DNA of 32,199 bases from a virus: the IMG/VR virus record IMGVR_UViG_3300037506_000159. The stretch is one strand, 5' to 3'. Below, piece after piece: positions 8,774 to 17,483 of the stretch; the first letter of the stretch is position 1; each line of letters begins with the position of its first letter. The translations under genes and the position numbers were made by a program. The notes below the pieces were generated by a model, which saw only the letters and a list, made by a program, of their open reading frames with translations, was not told the DNA's origin and did no database searches.

Positions 8774-8885
8774 AGTTATTCTTCATCCAATAACCAATCA
8801 AGACATTTATTTTAAAGAAGATGGCACGGTTTGTATGAGTGGGTATTATTTCAATGAAGTCTTGAATATAAAGGCATCTCGATGA
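8688..8885 (+). CDS. outer-membrane lipoprotein, candidate o-spanin
   Basis: ATG 8688 lies about 8 nt after AAGAGG. The translation starts MPYPKQLKIGMLGGLLLLLTSC, with a basic n-region, an h-region and the lipobox LTSC. The mature part is about 43 aa with one further Cys. The gene overlaps 8588..8773 in a different frame. Confidence 0.6.
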   Translation: MPYPKQLKIGMLGGLLLLLTSCATQRNNEVILHPITNQDIYFKEDGTVCMSGYYFNEVLNIKASR

Positions 8886-9784
8886 AACAACAATTTATTG
8901 AAGATAAAGTTGGGACGATAAGATTAACAGTATATGATTCTAATCGCGCAATAGTGCCTTCGAGCGGGAATATTGTTTTGTATGATCCATCCGGAGGTGT
9001 TATTCAGGCGAGCACGTCCGTTAGTATCAATTCAACGACTGGGGAGATGACGTATTCTCTGACAACGATACACACACAAGACAGAGGGTTAAATTATAAG
9101 GCTGTTTGGGAGTATGTGTTTAATGGTGTTACTTATTACGAGACGCAACTTTTCGATATTGTTCGAAGCATTTTATCTATTCCAATCACGGATGACGATA
9201 TATATTCCGAGCTTGACAGTCTTAGAAAGTCAAATAATCAGGCTACGGGCACGGCTACTTCAGCGACGAGTTCAACGTTAGTTGATACAGCAAAGAGGAA
9301 AGAACCTGATGATTTCTGGAAAGGAGGGACAATAGAGATTATTGCTGGTACTGGAAGTGGGCAAATGCGAGATATCACCGGCAGTGTTCAATCTTCTGGG
9401 ACGATTAGTGTTACTCCTAATTTTACAACAACGCCGGACAGTACAAGTTCATATCGAGTTGTCAAGTCTTACGCGGTTAAGATTGCACAAGCGTTTAATA
9501 AGATTGAGACTATGCTTTATAACAAAGGGAATAGAGATAACTTAATCCTTGAGAGTTCACAGATAGAGCTTCCTCTTTTGTTCTTAACCATTCATCACAT
9601 ATGTCTTGACCTGAGGGATGAAGAAAACGATAAATGGGGTCTTCTGGCTCGTGATTATAATGAAAAATTTAATGATGCTTTTAAGAATATGCGTGTTGAT
9701 TATGATGTTGATGATTCAGGGACGATAAGTGGCGATGAGGAAGAGCAAAAAGATCTAAACAGTTTTAATATATTCAGGTCTTAG
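8882..9784 (+). CDS. hypothetical virion or connector-associated protein
   Basis: 300-aa ORF whose start overlaps the upstream stop. The N-terminal part looks like a beta-rich domain and the C-terminus is acidic. No family recognised. Confidence 0.5.
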   Translation: MKQQFIEDKVGTIRLTVYDSNRAIVPSSGNIVLYDPSGGVIQASTSVSINSTTGEMTYSLTTIHTQDRGLNYKAVWEYVFNGVTYYETQLFDIVRSILSIPITDDDIYSELDSLRKSNNQATGTATSATSSTLVDTAKRKEPDDFWKGGTIEIIAGTGSGQMRDITGSVQSSGTISVTPNFTTTPDSTSSYRVVKSYAVKIAQAFNKIETMLYNKGNRDNLILESSQIELPLLFLTIHHICLDLRDEENDKWGLLARDYNEKFNDAFKNMRVDYDVDDSGTISGDEEEQKDLNSFNIFRS

Positions 9785-9788
9785 TTTT

Positions 9789-10538
9789 ATGGAACATATA
9801 AGAGTTTCGATTAATATTTTATGCCTTGATACAAAAGAAACGCTCATAGAATCAATAGATGTGATCCGTGAAGATTTTTCTTTTCTTGAAGGGGCTTATG
9901 AGATTATTGTGATTGATAATGGGTCAAAAGAACCTATTAGTGGGTATATTAGCGGAAAAGATATTTATATCATAAGGAATGAATCCAATCAAGGAATTTC
10001 TGCCGGCAAGAATTCTGGCATAAGAGCCAGTCGTGGAGAATATATTATTCTTTTAGATGGGGACGTGGTCCCTGTTAGAAACAGTCTTTATAAACTTCTG
10101 GAATATTTGGACAATAACCAATCTTGTCAGGCGCTTGGGTTTATGCCTAACAGATTTAGTAATGTGAAAAACAGCCACGGGATAAAGTATCATGAAGATT
10201 TTTGCCATACTTTATTTAATCCGCGAATAGCTAATACTGCGTGTTTATTTTACGGAATTTTTAGGCGTGATGTTTTTAACAACGTTATGATGGATGTCAA
10301 CGGACCGTTTGGATCTTCTGGGTACGGATGGGAAGATCATGATTTTTTTAACCAGATGCGGGAAAACAATATAGATCAATGGCAATGCGGGATGAATTTT
10401 GAGACCGGGAAATATTATCATAATATTAATTCTTCTATCAGGTCTTTTGGGTATGCGCACTATCAGAAAACATGTGAAGAGCGGCGTAAATATTATTCCA
10501 GGAAGTGGAAACACACTGCAAAGATGTCTGTGGCATAA
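9789..10538 (+). CDS. glycosyltransferase family 2 (GT-A fold)
   Basis: Canonical GT2 N-terminal layout: VSINILCLDTKETLIESIDVI, VIDNGS, NQGISAGKNSGIRASRGEYIILLDGDVVP (DxD). No TM segments. Confidence 0.75.
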   Translation: MEHIRVSINILCLDTKETLIESIDVIREDFSFLEGAYEIIVIDNGSKEPISGYISGKDIYIIRNESNQGISAGKNSGIRASRGEYIILLDGDVVPVRNSLYKLLEYLDNNQSCQALGFMPNRFSNVKNSHGIKYHEDFCHTLFNPRIANTACLFYGIFRRDVFNNVMMDVNGPFGSSGYGWEDHDFFNQMRENNIDQWQCGMNFETGKYYHNINSSIRSFGYAHYQKTCEERRKYYSRKWKHTAKMSVA

Positions 10539-10543
10539 TACTT

Positions 10544-10858
10544 ATGCTTGACGAAATAATACTTGAGCATTTAAAGAAGATGGACGATATAAATGAGTCG
10601 TTAATTAATAAGATTGATGAGATTTTCAAGAAACTGGATATAGACAAACTTCTCAATGGCACAGAGGGGTATCTTGACACAATTTTGAGCGAGATTGAGC
10701 ATTTTGAGAGGAATGATATAATCCCGAAAATATTTGAAGAGTCAGTATTATTTTCAGACAGGATATCTTTGTCTCGGGAGACAGATGATAATATTAAGGT
10801 CCCGATTATTAAGGAAGAAGAAGATAATGATATTAATAAACAATTGTTTGAAAAATAA
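10544..10858 (+). CDS. acidic hypothetical protein
   Basis: ATG 10544 lies just after the GT2 stop. The track start 10505 overlaps the GT2 gene. 104 aa, rich in Asp, Glu and Ile. Confidence 0.45.
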   Translation: MLDEIILEHLKKMDDINESLINKIDEIFKKLDIDKLLNGTEGYLDTILSEIEHFERNDIIPKIFEESVLFSDRISLSRETDDNIKVPIIKEEEDNDINKQLFEK

Positions 10859-10860
10859 TA

Positions 10861-11307
10861 ATGTATGAATTCAAGATAAAGAAAGTCCCGGCATTTGAGA
10901 ATATTGATTTTTCTGATGAATTGCGTCAGATTGCTAATGATATTTTTATACCAGCGTTAAAGCTTTATATCGACAATGAGGAAGATATTACAGGGTTAAG
11001 ATATCCTCCGTTGAGCCCTGTTACTATAGCAATAAAGAAGAGGAAACGTTCGCTTAGTCTTGGGCCATTGGTTGACACGGGTAAACTAAGAGAGTCTTTT
11101 ATTGTTGAAAGTATTGAAGGCGGGGCCAAGATTACAATCAATGTTTTAAGAAATGCCGTCGCACGAATATTACAAGTTGAAGGTGTCCGGACTCGTTATG
11201 GGCCAAGATTCTTTAGATTCTTCGGAGTTAGCGTAGAGATGGAAGAGCAAGCTATTCAGTTTATGCGCGAAAAAATAAAAGAATATGTTGACAGAAACAA
11301 CAAATAA
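10861..11307 (+). CDS. virion morphogenesis protein, Mu gpG-like
   Basis: 148 aa. YPPLSPVTIAIKKRKRSLSLGPLVDTGKLRESF matches the W/YxPLSxxT...K...L.DTGxLRxS signature of the phage virion morphogenesis (Mu G / tail completion) family. Confidence 0.55.
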   Translation: MYEFKIKKVPAFENIDFSDELRQIANDIFIPALKLYIDNEEDITGLRYPPLSPVTIAIKKRKRSLSLGPLVDTGKLRESFIVESIEGGAKITINVLRNAVARILQVEGVRTRYGPRFFRFFGVSVEMEEQAIQFMREKIKEYVDRNNK

Positions 11308-11310
11308 TTT

Positions 11311-11787
11311 ATGCCAGAAGATAAGAAGTTAAGAAATTTGATAAACATTGATCTAAAGACAATGTCTATCCTTCTAAGAAATAAAACAAATAAGTCTGTG
11401 CTTGATCTAAAAGGATTCATTGAAACGGCTTTGCTTAATGGCGCTACGATGGATAACATAAAGCAAAGACTCATTGATGACTTAGAAAATAATGGCCCTA
11501 TTTTTGGGAGCTTCAGGGCTGCGGTGAAGAATACCGTTAAATCTGTTAATAACCGGGTTAGAGACTCAGTAGAGTTCGGTAAAATCCTTAATGTGAAGAG
11601 ATGGAGGTGGGTAGCTGTTCTTCGGAATACATGCGAGGATTGTATAGCCCGGCATGGCAAGGTGTTCACGTTTGATGAATGGTCTGAGAAAGGATTACCA
11701 AGAGCAGGATTCACGATATGTCAAGAAAATTGTCAATGCGTTCTTCTTCCGGCTGATACAACAGAACTTGCACCTATAAGGAGATAA
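11311..11787 (+). CDS. minor head protein, Mu F / SPP1 gp7-like
   Basis: The C-terminal NTCEDCIARHGKVFTFDEW ... CQENCQCVLLP matches the CxxC...G...CxC.L.P signature of the Phage_Mu_F domain. Confidence 0.6.
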   Translation: MPEDKKLRNLINIDLKTMSILLRNKTNKSVLDLKGFIETALLNGATMDNIKQRLIDDLENNGPIFGSFRAAVKNTVKSVNNRVRDSVEFGKILNVKRWRWVAVLRNTCEDCIARHGKVFTFDEWSEKGLPRAGFTICQENCQCVLLPADTTELAPIRR

Positions 11788-11792
11788 TTCTT

Positions 11793-12212
11793 TTGTCGTA
11801 CGACACAATAAAAAATGGTTTATCTAATTTAATGAAAGAGTTGGGATATCAAGAATCTTCAACAACTTTCGATTATGATGATGCCGCTGCCTCAGAATAT
11901 GGAAATACATATATTATAACGTGTAGATCAGGAGCTTTGGATGAGTTCCGCGGAGAAACAATTAAAGATAGGATATATGATAATCAACAATGGGACATTC
12001 AGATTGCAATTGAAACCAGTTCCTTAAGTGATCTTTCAAATCTGGATGAAATCCATCGCAAGAGAGAAGCCATTGTAAAGAAGGTCGATAATTCTAATAA
12101 TTGGATCGGATTTGCTAGGATTCTGAAATTTAAAGGATGGGGAATTGAAGAACGACAAAGTTATTTTATTATAAGAATTAGTCTAAACATTATGGATACA
12201 ATTATTTTCTAA
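11793..12212 (+). CDS. hypothetical neck or tail-completion protein
   Basis: 139-aa ORF with a TTG start 9 nt after AAGGAG, located between the head-morphogenesis and tail tube genes. Confidence 0.45.
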   Translation: MSYDTIKNGLSNLMKELGYQESSTTFDYDDAAASEYGNTYIITCRSGALDEFRGETIKDRIYDNQQWDIQIAIETSSLSDLSNLDEIHRKREAIVKKVDNSNNWIGFARILKFKGWGIEERQSYFIIRISLNIMDTIIF

Positions 12213-12235
12213 CTTTATAAAAACAAGGGGCTATC

Positions 12236-13153
12236 ATGGTAATGATATCTAAAAGATCAATATTGCTTGCAAAAACAGAGACAACATATGGCGTTGATCC
12301 TACACCTTCAGAATCAACGGACGCGTTTCTAGGGATTGATGCGGTTATTAAAGAAACATTTGAACCCGCGGAACGGCCTATACAGCAATCGAGCTTAAGT
12401 ATGCGCCCATCGTTACGCGGGAAAAGGTTTGCGGAGATAAAATTTAAATTAGAACTTCAGGGGTCTGGGACGGCCGGGACAGCCCCAAGACATGGGCGAC
12501 TTTTAGAAGCTTGTGGTCTTAGCGAAACTATAGTTCCATCAACTAGCGTTACATATAAGCCCAAGTCATCCAGCATTGAATCTGTAACAATCTATTTATA
12601 TATGGATGGCCGCCTTCATAAGGTAACCGGAGCAGTAGGAGACTTTGTTCTTACTGCTGAAGCGGGAAACACTGGGATCTATGATTTTACTTTTAACGGT
12701 CTTTATAATGCTCCTACTGTAGTAGCTTTACCATCAGCGACATATGAATCTAGTACGCCTGTTGTTATAAAAAATCAAACATTCTCATATAATAGCAAAA
12801 CAACGTTAATAGTTAATAAGTTTGTGCTGTCTTCATCGAATGAAGTATCACAAAGGCCATCTTTATCGTCTTCTGACGGGATTTCAGGGTTTATTATAAC
12901 TGCGAGAAAACCAACATTTACTGTTGATCCTGAAGGACAATTTGAAACATCTTATGATTTCAGGAATGATTCATTGACTTCGCAAAGGGCCTTGTCTTTA
13001 ACTTTAGGGTCAATTGCAACATTAAGCATCCCAAAAACAAATATAACCGACATCGAATATTCATCAAGAGACGGGGTAACAATCGAAACATTGTCCGGGG
13101 AATGCGCCCAGGATACTGGTGACGATGAGTTCAGTCTTGTATTCACAGGATAG
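12236..13153 (+). CDS. major tail tube protein (by synteny)
   Basis: 305-aa beta-rich ORF immediately upstream of the chaperone pair and tape measure. SD is AAGGGG. Confidence 0.55.
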   Translation: MVMISKRSILLAKTETTYGVDPTPSESTDAFLGIDAVIKETFEPAERPIQQSSLSMRPSLRGKRFAEIKFKLELQGSGTAGTAPRHGRLLEACGLSETIVPSTSVTYKPKSSSIESVTIYLYMDGRLHKVTGAVGDFVLTAEAGNTGIYDFTFNGLYNAPTVVALPSATYESSTPVVIKNQTFSYNSKTTLIVNKFVLSSSNEVSQRPSLSSSDGISGFIITARKPTFTVDPEGQFETSYDFRNDSLTSQRALSLTLGSIATLSIPKTNITDIEYSSRDGVTIETLSGECAQDTGDDEFSLVFTG

Positions 13154-13171
13154 CCGGAGAAGATTTTTTAT

Positions 13172-13477
13172 ATGATTCAATATATTGACATTAACAGAAG
13201 GTTCGAGTTTATCTTTGAAGATGATCAAACAAATCCTAAAACAATATTTATTATCCGGATGCTGACTGGCCTTGAGCTTCTTTCATTGGGGGATATGACA
13301 AACTCGACGGAAAAGATTTCTGATTTCATGGTTAAATCTATTGTTGAAATCAAGAATATTCCTCAAGAAATGTCCAAGGAGACTTTTATCAAATCTTTGT
13401 CTCTGAAAAACATATCTGAATTATTGATTTTTATCACCTCAATTAATAATTTAAGCGCACAAGATAAAAAAAAATAG
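13172..13477 (+). CDS. tail assembly chaperone, short form (G-like)
   Basis: 101-aa acidic ORF directly upstream of the tape measure. It ends ...GAT AAA AAA AAA TAG. Confidence 0.6.
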   Translation: MIQYIDINRRFEFIFEDDQTNPKTIFIIRMLTGLELLSLGDMTNSTEKISDFMVKSIVEIKNIPQEMSKETFIKSLSLKNISELLIFITSINNLSAQDKKK

Positions 13478-13752
13478 CGATTGTTTTCCTTCATCAATGC
13501 AGTCAAGATTGCATTGATTATAGAGATAAAGACTATCCTGTTGATAATAGGTGGGTTATTAATGGAGACAATTATAAGAGATGCCCTCTTCAAAGTGTTG
13601 ATTCCGGGTGGATATATTTACGCACAGTATTTGTTATGTATCAGAAGGGGTTCTTGCCGTGCACTGGTGGCTGGGGCGATCAATCGGCAAAGTTCATTGC
13701 GTGTATCCAATATATTGAGAACATTATGGTGGATTTAAAAAATGGCAGATAA
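13172..13752 (+). CDS. tail assembly chaperone, long form made by -1 frameshift at the A9 tract (G-T-like)
   Basis: The -1 frame is closed by TAA at 13465-13467. It is then open for 92 codons from 13474 (IAIVFLHQCSQDCIDYRDKDYPVDNRWVINGDNYKRCPLQ...GGWGDQSAKFIACIQYIENIMVDLKNGR) to TAA 13750-13752, and it has no start codon near its 5' end. Confidence 0.55.
13466..13474 (+). promoter_or_regulatory. A9 slippery tract (A AAA AAA heptamer) at the end of the chaperone ORF
   Basis: Nine consecutive A residues immediately before the TAG stop, in the canonical position for the conserved tail chaperone frameshift. Confidence 0.55.
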
Positions 13753-15151
13753 TAACGAACTGGAAATTGTATTAAAACTTGTTGACGAGGCATCGGCAAA
13801 AATTAAAAGTATTGTTGGCGGTTCTCAAGGCCAGATTAATGAATTGGGGAATAGTGGGAGAGACGCTGGTAAGAAAATTTCAGATTCATTTAAGACAGCA
13901 AGAGATCAAATAAATGACTTTAAGAAAGCCATTATACCTGTTGGGGTAATAATAGCAGGAGTTATCAAGACAACGCAAGATTGGTCTAAGACAAACGATG
14001 AAACAAAAGAAGCTTATGATAGAATTGGTGATGTTATTTCCGGCTTGTCTGCAAGCATAGGGTCTTTACTTGCCCCCTCCATCATCGGATTATCTGAAAT
14101 ATTAGAAGATTCAGCTAAGAAGTTAAGCGCATTATTCAATGGAGCCAGAGAAGCTTATTCTCTCTTATTTGAATCGATATCCCGGTCTGTTCAGTTCTAT
14201 TCTGCTTTCTTTGCTAGCCTTTCTACTGGACAAAAAGTTTCTGTTGCTCTTAAAGATGCTTTGGCTATTTCAGAGCAAGCGACTGTCGACCTTACCAAGA
14301 AATTCGATGAAGCAATCGGGAAGGGCAAAGAAATAGACATCCAACAATTAGGGGATGAGACCCGCGCGGCTTCGGATGAAGCGGTTGACGCAATGGATGA
14401 GGTAATTGTTACGGCAAGCAGGCTTGAAGAAGAGACCGAAAACTTTTCGCTACTACCATCGACAATTGTCAACAATATGAAGGCTGCTGTCGACGAGAAC
14501 CAAAAGTTCTTAGAATTTTATGTTAATGAATGGGCAATTGCTAACGCTGGCATTAAATCTTTAGTTGTAGATATTGGGACCGCTATACAGACAAATCTAT
14601 CAGCTGGAATATCTGACGCTGTGCTAAGGATTCGGACCCTAAGCGAAGTTTTTATTGAGTTAAGAGATGTTTTAGTGAAAACAATAGTTGATTTCATCGC
14701 TCAGAAAATTGTTGCGTTCGCGATAGAGAAAACATTGTTGGCAAGTGGGTTGGTTGCTTCAGCTGCAACCGCTCTAGCTACAGCTGAAGCTTGGGCTCCG
14801 GCTGCGAGTCTTGTTTCATTAGCGACTTTTGGGGCCAATGCTGTCCCCGCTACTGCTGGGATATTATCAACAACAGCCGTTGCCCGGGCTGTTGCTATCC
14901 CGCAAGGATTTCAGGAAGGGACAGATAGTGTCCCGGCGAATTTAACGCCTGGGGAAATGGTATTCCCAAAGACAATGGCAGCGGCTATAAGACGGGGGGA
15001 CATAACTGTTAGCGGTCCAAATGGTGGGGGGAATATTATTAATATATATCTTCAAGGGGCTAATTTATCATCAGACCAATCAATAGAAGCAACTGTTGAG
15101 AAGTTGGGTTTCGAAATTGAGAGATCACTTAGAAATAGTAGAGGGATATAA
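13742..15151 (+). CDS. tail tape measure protein
   Basis: 469 aa, Ala/Ser/Ile-rich and alpha-helical, with hydrophobic central and C-terminal segments. It follows the chaperone pair and precedes the Dit/Tal genes. Confidence 0.7.
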   Translation: MADNNELEIVLKLVDEASAKIKSIVGGSQGQINELGNSGRDAGKKISDSFKTARDQINDFKKAIIPVGVIIAGVIKTTQDWSKTNDETKEAYDRIGDVISGLSASIGSLLAPSIIGLSEILEDSAKKLSALFNGAREAYSLLFESISRSVQFYSAFFASLSTGQKVSVALKDALAISEQATVDLTKKFDEAIGKGKEIDIQQLGDETRAASDEAVDAMDEVIVTASRLEEETENFSLLPSTIVNNMKAAVDENQKFLEFYVNEWAIANAGIKSLVVDIGTAIQTNLSAGISDAVLRIRTLSEVFIELRDVLVKTIVDFIAQKIVAFAIEKTLLASGLVASAATALATAEAWAPAASLVSLATFGANAVPATAGILSTTAVARAVAIPQGFQEGTDSVPANLTPGEMVFPKTMAAAIRRGDITVSGPNGGGNIINIYLQGANLSSDQSIEATVEKLGFEIERSLRNSRGI

Positions 15152-16374
15152 TGAGCGCCAGCATTGACATTAAGATCGCACCAGAGAATATTTTGGAATG
15201 GTCTAGTATGGAAGACTGGGAAAATGGCGCAAGCGCAGCTCCAACAGAGCATGTCTTATCTGGGTCCGGAGCTTCTGTAGCTCGGGAGAGCACAAATATT
15301 CATTCCGGGGAGTTTTCAGCAGCTGTTACAAGAAGCGGGGCAGATACTACTTTATATCATGATGTTGAAGATTACGCGCAATTCAAATCTAGAAGAATGA
15401 CATTTGGATGTTGGGTTCAGGCGTCTGTTGCCAGCAGGGGAAGAATTGCTATCAGTGATGGGGTTGGATCAAGCGAATCTAGCTACCATACTGGAGGCGG
15501 ATCATTTGAGTTCCTTTCTGTAACGAGAGATATTGATTCATCGGCTACGCGGGTACGTGTTGAAATGCAGGTTAACACAGGAAACACCACTGTATATTTT
15601 GATGAAGGAATTCTTTGCCACGGGGAACAAACATTTGTAACGCTAAATAATATTGCTGATGTCGGACAATGGACAATATCAAACAGGTTTAGGGCAGATG
15701 AATACGCGATTATAAGGTCTCCTGGATCAGTAATGCCATCTTCTATAATTGAAAGTAAAAGTATTCGTATTTCAGGAATGGTTGTTTCTGAGAATATTGA
15801 AACTGCAAGAACCAATTATGACGCGGTTCTAAAGATTTTGGCAAATACATATGTAAAGTCTGATGACACTGAACAGAAGAGAATTCTCTATCTCTTAAAT
15901 GACCGATTTATTAGGGGTAGGGTTTCTGCTATCGAATCTCAGATAAGAGCATCTTTGCGCGTTAGAGAATATGATTTGACTTTTATAGCATCAGATCCTT
16001 TTGAATATTATATCAATAAAAAAAGAATAAGCCAGACTATTAGCGCAACACCAACAACATTTAATGTTGATGTTTCAGGTAATTATAGAGTCTATCCACA
16101 AATCATGATTACAAATAACAGTTCAAATGCATCAACTATCGTTCTTGAGAATTTAACTTCTGGATCAAGTTTTACTTATACTGGGACTATTGTAACTTCC
16201 CAGAGTTTATTTTTTGATGCGGAGAAACTTTCGGTAGAAAATAATGGCGTCTCTGATCTGGGAAATGCTGCCGGAGATGTGGATTTTTTTCTTCTCCCGG
16301 GAAGAAATGTTATTAAGTTAACCGGGGTTGTTTCCGGAGACATTAATGTTGATTTTTTCAACAGGTGGGTATGA
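15151..16374 (+). CDS. distal tail protein (Dit) with N-terminal carbohydrate-binding-module-like domain
   Basis: The start overlaps the TMP stop. The N-terminal ~170 aa (EWSSMEDWENG...HSGEFSAAVTRSG...MTFGCWVQAS...VYFDEGIL) looks CBM4_9-like. The C-terminal part (RISGMVVS...RILYLLNDRFIRGRV...EYDLTFIASDPFEYY) looks like a siphophage tail (Dit) domain. Confidence 0.55.
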   Translation: MSASIDIKIAPENILEWSSMEDWENGASAAPTEHVLSGSGASVARESTNIHSGEFSAAVTRSGADTTLYHDVEDYAQFKSRRMTFGCWVQASVASRGRIAISDGVGSSESSYHTGGGSFEFLSVTRDIDSSATRVRVEMQVNTGNTTVYFDEGILCHGEQTFVTLNNIADVGQWTISNRFRADEYAIIRSPGSVMPSSIIESKSIRISGMVVSENIETARTNYDAVLKILANTYVKSDDTEQKRILYLLNDRFIRGRVSAIESQIRASLRVREYDLTFIASDPFEYYINKKRISQTISATPTTFNVDVSGNYRVYPQIMITNNSSNASTIVLENLTSGSSFTYTGTIVTSQSLFFDAEKLSVENNGVSDLGNAAGDVDFFLLPGRNVIKLTGVVSGDINVDFFNRWV

Positions 16375-17483
16375 TTTATAAGGTTGTTCTGTCAGACAGA
16401 AGCTTTAACATTATCAAAGAACTCCAGAATGAAATAACCTCGTTGTCCTGGGGGTATTCGAGGCTTGGCGGATGCGCGGATTTTAGTTTTACTGTCCCGA
16501 AACCCATCTTCAAGGATTTTCTTATTGGGATGAATTTTAATGTCAAGATATACAAAAGAAACCAGTCAGACTCTAATTATGAGTTAATTTATCAGGGCCG
16601 GATAGAAAGCAAAAATAGCAAAGTTACTGGTAAGACCGAAGAGATATCTATATCTGGGAGCGGATACCAGTCTTCATTAAGAGATATTTATATTGACCGG
16701 GATTATGTAAGTACTGAGGCAAGTTTAATTGTAAAAGACATCCTTGATCAAGATATTGTTCCAAATACACCAATTACTTATAATGTTAGTGATATCGTGG
16801 CAACAACATTTACACCAAGCGAGCTAGAGTTCAACACTAATGCCCAATCTGCTTTTAGAACAATATCTGATCTTGTGGGGCTTCGGGAATGGGGTGTTGA
16901 CCGCAACAGAAAGTTCTTCTTTAAGCAAAGAAGCGAGGCCAGGAATTATATCTATTATTTATCCGGCGGGGATATTTATGATTTAGCGGTAGACATTACT
17001 ACGGATGATATCTTGAATAGAATAGTTGTTATCGGCGGGGATGTTGATGGGGAAATATTTAGCGCTGTATATAATGAGCCAAGTTCTCAGTTAAAATGGG
17101 GGCGAAGGGATTTAGCAATAAAAAATTCGGCAATCGTTACTACAGATGTCGCCCAACAGTTCGCCGATTCATATTTTGCCGAATTTTCTGATGTATCGTT
17201 TCGTGCTAAAGGGTCTTTGCTTGCTGATGGGATATTTGAAGAAACAGTACCATTAGGTCTTTTTTGTTTAGTGCCGGATACTGTGAAATATGGAGAGAAA
17301 CCTTATGGAACATTTCTTTATTCTGGCGTTCTGTCTTTCCAGATAAACAAGATTAATTACAAAGTTGACAGTTCATCCAATCTTTCCGCGTCTCTTGAGT
17401 TAGGCAGGTTACGGCCAAATATCGCGGAAACAATTAGTCAATTGGAATATGAAATTGAACAGATCAATAGCAGTGATGTCTAA
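16365..17483 (+). CDS. tail hub / Tal-like baseplate protein
   Basis: 372-aa ORF overlapping the Dit gene end, in the position after Dit typical of Tal N-terminal-domain proteins. No enzymatic motif seen. Confidence 0.5.
   Translation: MGMIYKVVLSDRSFNIIKELQNEITSLSWGYSRLGGCADFSFTVPKPIFKDFLIGMNFNVKIYKRNQSDSNYELIYQGRIESKNSKVTGKTEEISISGSGYQSSLRDIYIDRDYVSTEASLIVKDILDQDIVPNTPITYNVSDIVATTFTPSELEFNTNAQSAFRTISDLVGLREWGVDRNRKFFFKQRSEARNYIYYLSGGDIYDLAVDITTDDILNRIVVIGGDVDGEIFSAVYNEPSSQLKWGRRDLAIKNSAIVTTDVAQQFADSYFAEFSDVSFRAKGSLLADGIFEETVPLGLFCLVPDTVKYGEKPYGTFLYSGVLSFQINKINYKVDSSSNLSASLELGRLRPNIAETISQLEYEIEQINSSDV

Noticed and set aside
13481-13738. ORF-track gene (85 aa, TTG start) between the chaperone and the tape measure.
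   Set aside because: It lies in the same frame as the chaperone, directly after its TAG. It has no SD, and its translation is hydrophobic low-complexity sequence. The -1 frame over the same DNA is start-less, fully open and protein-like, which fits the conserved chaperone frameshift better.
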